The position numbers were made by a program, and so were the translations under genes. From Balanoglossus misakiensis (taxonomy: Eukaryota > Animalia > Hemichordata), in contig CM082588.2 in the NCBI GenBank assembly GCA_040954595.2, forward strand, positions 5,716,202-5,780,201: 64,000 nt of DNA, read 5' to 3'. Below, one piece after another: positions 41,244 to 64,000 of the stretch; positions within the stretch are counted from its first letter, which is position 1, and every line of letters starts with the position of its first letter. The notes beneath the pieces were generated by a model, which did not search any database, had not been told where the DNA came from, and saw only the letters and a program-made list of their open reading frames with translations.

Positions 41244-44200
41244 TTTTGTACTTAGAGACGGCGGCTGCAATACACAGTGAGTATGGGACCCAAGATTACC
41301 ACCGATCCACTGAAACATATACATATATATGAATGTATATCAGATAACGATTCACGGTTGCAATCGTCTCATGATAACAGGCCCGTAATATCAACGATTT
41401 GGGGGAGAATACAACTGCTGCTGAAAAAATGATTCACAGACGCCGTGGAACGATAAGACAGAAGGCCATACATCTGTATGTAGTGATCTGATAGTTGTTA
41501 AATAAAATGCATGTCAGCATGACAAAGCGATTTTAGAAGGCAGCGAACACACGTACGGCCGCAACATCCAGCGTTTTCTCTCTCTCAGAGTATCCCAAAG
41601 CAGAACCATTGAAATGCTTGGGACACGAGACTTATACTTGAGTAATTTCTGCTCCCTGTAAATTTTCAGAAATTTATAGAATTTCATTAGATATGACCCT
41701 AATCACAGTACAAAAAAGAATAATTTCTATATCTTTATGTTTTACATTTTAATTACATGGACAATGGGTTCATTTCGACTCAACACCAATCACCAGTGAT
41801 TATTGCCACCATCCGTTGGCTTTGGCAGTTTTATCACACAACCACTAATTGACAAATCTTTTAGTGATGCCAGTTTAAGGTAATAGAAGTTGGGATACCA
41901 CGGAGAGCAAATAATTGCAGTTCCGTAGAACAGATTTTTGCCAGGTCTACTATATACAGTACAACATCATCCTACGGATCTCCTGTAGCCTGTCCTTCAT
42001 GTACGTCCTTGGGTATTGTTTACATGGATCTTGTCTCATAAACGGGAATTGTATCAGAGTCAATAATATCACATGTTCATATCTAGCAATGTGGGACATC
42101 ATTGCGTTTCAGTGGAAGAGGTCAGGCAGCGGTTAATTCAAAATGTGGACATAGATAATACGTGTGTATACAGGCCTTGATAGTCAACATCTGCCTTTTT
42201 TTCCATCAGCCAGAATATTAAGACTATGAAGCCTTGCGTACTTTAAGTCCCTTGTTCCCATAACGTCCGTTGCCGCGTGATCAGTGTTCCAAAATGATGA
42301 TACATTTCAAATATACACACACGGACCTTCCCATCAGGGACCGTGATACACACAAACGCCTGAATTAATCAACTCATCCATCACCGAACCCTGAAACGGA
42401 GACACTTCCAAAGGCAATATTATGGCAATCAAAAAACATATCCCGGGGGGGGGGGGGGGGGGGAAAGGTACGGCTACTGTGACTTTGAATTTCCCCACCT
42501 CGGGTAATATACACCATTCGTGATGTGTAGTACACAAGGCGATATACACGCAAAAATTATATGTCTCAGAGAGATGGGTAATCGAATCGTGTCCAGGGAG
42601 CTTTGGTGGCTGTACTTGACCGACTGACACGCACACGGCCAATCTGACAGACAGTATTGATTGATATAGAAGGTGTGTCTGATTCACGATGCCATGCGAG
42701 CGTGCAGCAGTGAACGGTGATGTAATTAAACCGTGTTATCGGCATTAAACCATGCAAGATAGTCCAACCCTAGTTCGTCCATCCACTGTCGGTATTTACC
42801 GACCGTCGCCACCGACGTGTGTACCGACCCAGTTACCCGGTGATATGCACTGTAAACTATGGCTGTGTTATTTCAGACACACATATCGGACTTTGTTAAT
42901 TTTAACTAGAGGGTGTTTTTATACATGCAACACGTGTTAACTTCCCATCAAAGTGAAAGACTCACAAACGACATCGTTCAATGTTTACGGATTCAATTTT
43001 AACAATTTCGCTAAAAGCTTCTGTGCTTTTTCGTCAAATCACCCTAATCGATTGCTTACATCGTAATGGCAAAGTTGTTTATCAATTAAGAAGAAGTATG
43101 TCGAATTCAAGAACGAAATGAAGAAGTCCAGTGGTGTAACCCTCGTTTCCTTTGGAAAAAGCGCCCCATGTTTCAATTACATGTATATAGACTCCGACAC
43201 AATATGGCGTCAAGGAATTTGAATGCCCACGCCCACGGAACACCAGTTGAAATTGCATCTATAGAAACACGAAAATGTCACACGCAGTGTAAAATGTATT
43301 ACAAAATAGATTTTTTCGGCCCTGAAACATAGCTTACGAAAGCTACTTGAAGGGATACGTCAGCATTTCAATAATCCGATTGGGAAAATCAACGCATTTA
43401 ACGACACTGGCGCCAAATATGTGTATAATTTTTATTGGGGTTTTAGTAAATTTTAGATTTTCAGCGTCGTCGTAATATTAATCGGTCATTAGTTCACGCG
43501 GAGTGAATCGAAATAAAATATATTGAGCTTCGGAAATGCAGACTTGACAAGTATGGGCTTTGATGATCAAGCTTAACAAACTTAAGGAACTTTTATCGCG
43601 CTTCAGGTGATGAACAAGGAATCTTAGATAAAAACACAGACTGAATAATAAGGCCATGCAATAATGCGGTTAATGGAACTGTACTCAGTAAATATGAAAC
43701 AGTGATCGCTTAATACGATGTGTGTACCCGTAGGCTTTGACATTGATGCATGAACTGCACATTTTAAAACTTACCGAGATAATGCTCTCTTGTCATATGG
43801 GGCGACTGACAGGCAATTTCTAGTTAAATAAAGCCAGTGATTAAACGGTTGATGTTGATGCATCGTGTATCGACGATAGACAATGAAACAGCTATCCTGT
43901 CTTCATTTAAAATATACCATATTAAATTGCTTTCTAGCAAAGAAGAAATGGCAATCAATAAACTCAACCCTATCTTCTTATTGTCAATACTCAGAGAGAA
44001 ACTCGAATATTTCCTCAAAATGACCTACAGTCAAGACTGACCGTTGCAATTCGGGAACTTTTGAAGTTCGTGACGACACATTTTAATCACAAGTTTTATA
44101 GTCAAATAATTTCCTTATTATTGTGGATTACCTTGGTTGTATAATCTTGTTGAAACCAATGACCATCCACTGAAAATATCTGCTTGTCTTGATTTCAAAT

Positions 44201-45180
44201 TTCCATGGCAACTACGGCTAAATTTGCACAGCTGCCCGTACACCTTTAACCAAATTACCGAAAGGTCCAGTGTTAAGATAACATTATAAAACGGTACATC
44301 ACATAGAAGCTGACAAAGACACAGGCTTGTATAGCAACGTTCGACCTTCTTATAGTACATTAAACACGGAACGGGGAAAAGTCTGTGAGACAGGCAGCGA
44401 TATTGCTGCCCGGTTTGTACTCGTAGCTGTAGCCCTATGAGACTGTACTCCCTGGAAACTGGTTATTACACGCACAGCCTGGGCGTAATATATATAGACT
44501 AGCTGGCACGCTATTAACCGCCAGCTGGTCTTTTATGGAGCGTATATGATGGGTGGTGGATCACTTTAATCAGCGTGATTTTCTCAACTGAATGAGGCAG
44601 CAATGATGGATGGTGTTGGAATTGTATGAACACCGTTGGTCGAATGTTCGAGAAGAAGAAACACATGTCTGGAATACTCGGGCATTTGTTGGACGAATAT
44701 GGTAACATTTGCGCAGTGCCCAAGTAGCAGCCAACCTCTCTAACCTGCACCGTGTTTCTTTTACAAGGTTCAAACAATGCTTGTACAAAAATACCAGCGC
44801 CTGTTTCATCTCGTCGTACTCGTGACAGTCGCCATGTTCGTCGTTGCTTACAGTCTCTGTGGCAGTTCGAAACGTCCAACGTGGAGGAACGCTTCCGATT
44901 TTCGGTTCTCGAAAGAGGTAAGCAGAAACGTGATGTGAACATTTTGTTTTCTCTCTACCAACACCAGGTGTTGCATGTTTACCCACGCGCAATGCGTTCA
45001 CCTCATTTCGCTGCCACGGTATGTCGTGGCTCGTACCGTATAAAGCTGACTTTATTTGATTAATTAAAACATTTGCTTGATGCGTAACTATTGCTTATAA
45101 ATTCATCCTACGAAAAAAACCGCGTTTTATCGTGAGAAAAATAAACGAAAGTAAATGAAAGTCCTTGAAATCGAAGTAAC

Positions 45181-47193
45181 ATGTGTACATGGACAGTTTG
45201 TGTCACTTTAAACGAAATGGTGTGTATTTATGTAGCTACTATGATAATGTTTTTGCTCGTTATCCAGGCTGATGGCATACGTGCCGGTCATGTCAACACA
45301 GACAACAATACTAGTAGCGACTTGTATCTGTCCACCGCCATCCCCGAAGGTGCTAACATTCAAGTTAATAGGAGTATGAAAGAAAGAAAAACGCCCGTCG
45401 AACTCACAGCGGCGCAAAGAAATCCTCCGACACCTGTCACGGCGACTTTCCGCGTGACTGAAAACGACGGTCAAACTCGGTATCTGTTGCCTACCAAAAC
45501 CATCTTTAGTGGCGGGGCGAATTCTCAGTACAGGCGCTTCAAGCGCGCCGTCATGTTTGCGGTGATGACGAACCGCACCCTGGTCATGACGCCGTTCTTC
45601 CTGCACGGTGGCCACGTCCGCGGACTGACGCTCGAGCACATGAGGTCATTTAACAGCACGTTCGATGTCGACGCGCTGGAGGAGCTGTTGCCCCTGGCAA
45701 CGATGGACCAGTTCAAACAGGCCTGCAGTCCCGACAGTATCAAAATGACCGGGTGGGATATATCCGATAGCGCTTACGAAGGAACTAGGATATCATTATA
45801 CCGCAACATAATTGGCGTCGATCTGCCACCGCTGGGCAACACCGTCATGGATTTCAAGAATTGCACAAAACTCGACGAAGTGATATCAAAGACCGGGTCT
45901 GTTGAGTGCCTTGCATTCGCCGTGGATTCAGCGTGCCAGCTAAAAATAGGCCAGGAATTGAAAAGTGGTTTGGAGACTGCCGTGGCCAAGTACTTGGTGC
46001 GCACACCGGTGGTGAGGAATATTGTTGACAACGTGGTGGACAAGTTATGTAACGGGGAACCTTATCTTGCCTACCATTGGCGGAATAAGTCAGCTGAGAT
46101 GCCGTAGGTTGCCATTTTGAATATTGCTTCGATATGATTTGGTGGTGGTGGTGGTGATGATGATGGTGATGTCAAGATGATGATGATGACGACGACGTTG
46201 GCGATGATGATGATGATTGTGGTGGTGGTGGTTGTTTGAACTCTCAATGCTTCAAATTTTACAGGTGCTTCTTTGAGCGAGGAAAACGCAAAAAAGAATG
46301 CCCAAGCATCATAAACGAAGTTAGGAAACTTGCAGGAGTTGCCACCAGTGCGTTGTATGATCTGATGAGCCAGGAAAAGATAAAATGCATTTATGTAGCC
46401 TGTCCTCTATGGTCAATGGTGGGTACATTTTTTCTGGTCACGCGTACTGGTAGTGGGTAGTTCTCTCTATTCCACCCTGAGTATTTACTAAGCAATGTTT
46501 AAGAATGACAAGATCTTGTAAGAGCCACATCTTGCGACCATTTAGAGTCGAGGAACATCAACTCACTACTTTCTCGCCAGCCAATATGGACATCTTACAC
46601 TGAAGCGTTTATGGTCGTTTTGGCTCGTTTTGGCCCGTTTTGGGTCGTTTCAACATTTATCATATGCCACTCTGTATATAGGAAATCGTTGATGTATTGT
46701 CGGAGCGGGTAGGAAGAGACCGCGTCATCAGCTCCAGAAATCTCGACATCCCTGCAAAGTACAGAGATGTCATGAATGACTATTATATGTTATCACTTGT
46801 GGAACAAGAAATTGCTTTCAGTAAGTTTGAATTTTATTTTTACACACCTAAGGAAAATGTTTTCTTTTTTCCCAAACTTTTGAAAACCGCCCGCTTCGTT
46901 GTCTTCCTCTAAACAACATTTACTTTCCCGTACTGTCGCACTGGATGTCATTCGACTTTCCAGCCGTGTGACACACTGTGCCTATAAGGCGCCTCTTGCC
47001 AACTTTAAACACCATCAAGGTTACATGTATATGCCTATTGTTTTCCATAGGAGCCGCCATCTTTGTCTCGGCTGGAGTCTCCAACTGGTCACAATTCGTC
47101 GCTGACGGCAGGGAGGCTGTCGGAAGAACAAATTACAAAATTCGAAAACTGGCGGGAATTTCCAGCGATGTTGATATCGGTCTAATTAAATGA
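45181..47193 (+). CDS. O-fucosyltransferase-family (GDP-fucose, GT-B fold) glycosyltransferase, ~452 aa, 4 coding exons
   Basis: Exons 45181-46103, 46265-46418, 46682-46820, 47051-47193 (1359 nt). N-terminal hydrophobic anchor. Motifs GGANSQ...RTLVMTPF, YLAYHWR, IYVA and SLVEQEIAFRAAIFVSAGVSNWSQFV are typical of POFUT-like GDP-Fuc binding. The start could instead be the ATG at 45217. Confidence 0.82.
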
Positions 47194-50100
47194 CGTTCAT
47201 GTGAGACCGATTGAGATGAGGGACCCTCAACGCCGAACTGTATGTTCGTTGTGACTGCAATACCTATAGCTTAGCGCCCTCGGTCTTTCTGCAGAAAACT
47301 AAACGTGGGATAGAGAAGTCTATACCGACTTATAACACTGTCAATCGGTTGGGATGGGGGTGGAGGGGAGAATGGTGAGCTATCAATTTCTGTATGATTA
47401 ATCATTTATTATGATTAACTTGTATCAAGATAGGCCTAAATTTCATAAGGCAAAGGATTGTCCAATATAATATCGAAATCTCCACAACGTTTTTTTCCTA
47501 CACTAGAAATCTATATATGAGTCATGGAGTCGAACTTGCATTCCCATGAGCTAAACTCACCGTTTGCCATGTAATCCACGTCGGCGTGTACTCCCCGTTC
47601 TTCTCCCGACATTGACAGGTTCTAAAATGTCAAAGGAGAACGGCATGTCTTAGTACATGTTGCTTCTTCTTAGGTTTCGGGCAAAGACCGTGGGCTGTGA
47701 ATCTATTTTCGGAACCTACCGTGCCAACCTTTCCGTCAATCCAACAGCGATAGTATAGTCGTGCCCTATACCTGTCAAGCAGGTGGAAAATCATAGGCAG
47801 TATCAGATTCATCTCACCCGTTTTTAATAGGATTATGAACAAGTGTGCCATTTCATCAGCGTAATACCAGTAGTAATGCTCTATCTTTTCTTGAACGGAG
47901 TATGACGGGAAAATGCCAATAAGCACAAAATAGCTGGACCTGAAGGCTGTCTTTCACGATTCGATGTACATGTACACTGAATGAAGTCATGTGAACATGA
48001 CTGTGAAAATCCTGTTGTTATTATCATTGTTATATTTAATGTGATTTTGGGTCATTTTCGTAAACTATCACGACTCTACATACATAAGGGAAATGGTTTC
48101 AACACACGCTTCCTGTTGACTACCCGCTAATCATGTGTCGTCTGCGACCATTACACGTGATGATGACGTAGACGTTGTTTGATTTGGCAAATCGAGTTGT
48201 AATACATATGATATGCACACAAAAATCACGTGGCATCGTATAGGAACGAAGAGGCATCGTTGTGTGGCGATTTCTACGAGAAACAAGAACCGTATGTGTT
48301 AGTAAAAAATCAGTGTATTGCATATATACGCAGACTTGTTGAAATCGCAAAACAACACCGTCACAACTTCTAAGTTGTAGGATGCTGTAAGTTGAGCACG
48401 GGCAGATGGCCGTTTCTCGGATAGCGTGTCTGTAAGCTCCTCTCTCGGGCACGACAGGATTGTGTAATTCAAGCTACCTGTAGACAAGCAGGCTCAGACT
48501 GTAATACAACTATATAACATTCTATAGGGAAAAGGGTGAATATATTGGCTTCAACTTTGAATACATTTGCCTCAAATGATAACCAGTTTAGATGTACGTG
48601 TATTAAGGTAACGAGCAGAACGCATGGGGGGGGGGTCAACCGATAATCATACATCGCTCACTGTAATATACGTCAAGTCCCTCACATCAAATAACCATAA
48701 TTTTCAATTGAGATACATCTAAAATTACCTGTTGTGTGTAATGATCGCTCTAAAAATTCATAACAATCAGCTCCCATGCATGTTTGCCGTGTCCGACCGT
48801 CAGCAGTAGAGTTCCACTCAACAGCTACAGCGAACACGAGCAGGCTTAATATAATTGACTTTATGCAAATTCCTCCCTAAACCGATGGCGGTGTAGACAA
48901 CAAGGCAACTTATACAATTACCAATTTTCTGTACGTTACGAAATCACTAGTATTCCCATTGGAGTTTTTTTGTGTCCTGCAGATGTAGGTTACTCAGAGA
49001 TGATTTTTGTCTTGTATTTGAGCACGGCGATGATTGCCATACCATGTGAAAGTGGTGGAGAACCCGGGGTCATGTCTGTGACCCGTTCGCCCCAGAGAGA
49101 CGCTTTTATTTTTCGATTCTCATTTTTCTGATTTATCGTGTTTATTGTGCTCTAACAAGAACAGAAGATGATGTTTTATTGCGGCTAATCCTAATCCCAT
49201 AACGGAACAATCAGTTTGCTCGCCCCTGGGGGCGGGTGGGTTCAACGATTTCGCTCTGTTTTGGAGAAAGAAACTCGATGAAGAGGCCTGGGGAAACCCA
49301 GTTTTTGAAAAGGGGTCAGCCTGAGTGTGTTTTGGTCACGTGGTGCGAAACAACTGTCGCTCCTGTCCACAATTGTCACTGTTGATCGCATCTCGTTAGT
49401 CATGAACCTCGTTATGTGGTGTTTGCTGCGCCCCTTTGAAGCTCCACTATGCAAATACCGCGAGGTTTTCTGATTTAATGAAGGGTCAACCAATTATACC
49501 GAGCTGGAGAACTTGACATCTCCCTAATTACCGTCCAAAAACACTTTACCGCTATGCACCTCGGACCTTTTATTCTCTAATTAGTCATTCAAATGAAGAA
49601 CAAAATTACATAACTATTACGCCAGATGTCATTATTACGGCAGATGGTCACTTGAAACATCTACCATTAGTTCCCAACGGCTATTGGCGGATTATCGGAA
49701 TATAACTTGTCTTGTGAAGGACATGCATAATTTTACAGGCTCGTTCTACGTGTGTTCCAATTATTTCCTATGTTGAACTAGTGAACATATATCATAATAT
49801 GATGAATTTGTTCACAGCAATGGGAAGGGATATACGTACACGAATCAGAAAACAGCTGAAATCAGAGCCAGCAACCTTTTCATTTATAAAGAATCTATTT
49901 ATTCTCAAAGTAAAGAAAATGGGGGATTAAATAACATGAGGTTTCTATCCAAGCGTCTTTGTTATACGTTAAGACCGTATAGCTGTAGGTAGATGTGAGA
50001 GACAACAGGATTAGTCTTGTCTATCCACGGGGGTGTCTATCCCTCATCTTGGTTTCATAGGGCTTTCTTGAAACGCCCCCTCCCCCGTCCTGAACTTCGC

Positions 50101-50450
50101 CCGTGTTTGCACACGCCTTGTAGCGTGTAAGCTTAACTCTGACGTGCACTTTTTAAATGTCACAAGTGTATGGGAAATCAAAACGAAAGACCGGTGAGGA
50201 AACGACAGCCGCCTAGGGTGACAAATTGTTGTCTTCGGCAGTCCTCGTGCCCTGGACACCGACGATACCATCGTGGCTATGCAAATGAGCTTCTATACGC
50301 CGGCAGGAGCGTGCTGTCACTGGAGTGGAGCGCGACCACGTGACTGCCCGCGTGCACAGCGAAGAGCCAAGTTACAATCTAAAACATGTAAAATGCCTTT
50401 ATAGTCGATCGTCTTGACAGCTACGCGGCGCACTCTCTAGTCGACCGGCG

Positions 50451-63066
<12,616 letters not shown>

Positions 63067-64000
63067 AGGCTGTTGTCAGCACGGGCATCATTGAGAGTAC
63101 ATGTACTACTAGTAAGTGATGACAACCATAGGACCAGCGTGCAACGAAGAGTACTGATCGCTTTGAAATTCGAGGGACGCCTTGATAGGTAACTCCGTAT
63201 ACGCACATATAACTCAGTTCTCTCCTTTTAAATATTATATTTGTTATTTCACAAAAAATAGTTCAGAACAAACAATTCGGATATTTAATATGTCATCTGG
63301 GAAGTTTAGTTGTTTTATTTATTTGATAGATAAAATTAACGATGGCTGAATATTGGCGGGCAACATGCACGATAAATTACGTAACATAAGAAGGTGATTC
63401 CGATAAGCAAGTATACCGTTAAGCTTTAATATTAAAGAAAGCAATGGTAAAAAAATCTACAAGAAATAAAATGCCTCGTTTAACTCTAAAGAATCATCAT
63501 GAAAGACAATTTATTTTTGTAACGTTGCATATATTCGATTTACATTTTAAAATGTGATTTTCAACTCAAAATTAATTCAATATTAACTCAATGAGTGTGC
63601 ACGTAATTTATAACATTATTTTGCCTGTCAGGGATGACCACAATCAAACAATGACATTTAATTTCAACCTTTGAATATCAAGGAATAGGTTTCTCTGAGT
63701 AAGTTTTGTTAAAGTGTATGTTTTGTAAAAGTCCCACCGACACAACGATTTTAAGAACTTAAGACATATTTGCCATTTTATCTTCGGTGTGCCAACCTGT
63801 AATAAGTTGTTTATAGAAAATAGTACAACTAAGGAATTATAAGGCGGTATTTAAGCTGCCATTTATATAATGTATACATAATTGTGATTTAATTTAAATT
63901 GGAAACAAAATGTAAATGTAAGTCACCCGAATCGATTGATATACAGGTTTCAATTACAGGAGAGAATTTCTAGTTTTAATGTAAGACAATGACCTGTGGA

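Noticed and set aside
44514-45063. Overlapping 103-143 aa ORFs upstream of the fucosyltransferase
   Set aside because: No domain-like content or consistent splice structure; more likely the promoter/5' UTR of the enzyme gene.
47520-47560. B-box-like gttcgactcc (minus strand) suggesting a tRNA or SINE
   Set aside because: No A-box or cloverleaf could be built.

Overview
Eukaryotic, intron-rich DNA from a metazoan, most likely a marine invertebrate deuterostome (inferred from gene content; species not determinable here). Nine protein-coding genes can be assembled by hand from splice sites and reading frame: (1) a C11orf65/MFI orthologue with an extended multi-IQ N-terminus (minus); (2,3) two tandem type-I transmembrane mucins (PTS + SEA-like + EGF + TM) whose cytoplasmic tails resemble the vertebrate MUC3/12/17 tail motif; (4,5) two tandem 3-Ig receptors with uninterrupted CDSs and ITIM-type tails, diverged mainly in CDR-like loops; (6) a multi-CTLD/CCP/mucin-stalk C-type lectin receptor; (7) an orphan secreted 195-aa protein with an internal two-fold repeat; (8) an O-fucosyltransferase-family (GT-B) glycosyltransferase; (9) an RXFP1/2-type LDLa-LRR GPCR with 13 LRR exons and a GC-AG intron. 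The sequence also records a ~10-kb tandem duplication of an Ig-receptor + lectin block, later trimmed by deletions, one with junction microhomology. No rRNA, tRNA, CRISPR or intact transposon was recognised. All models are manual and unvalidated by transcripts; family assignments rest on motifs recalled from memory, not on database searches.
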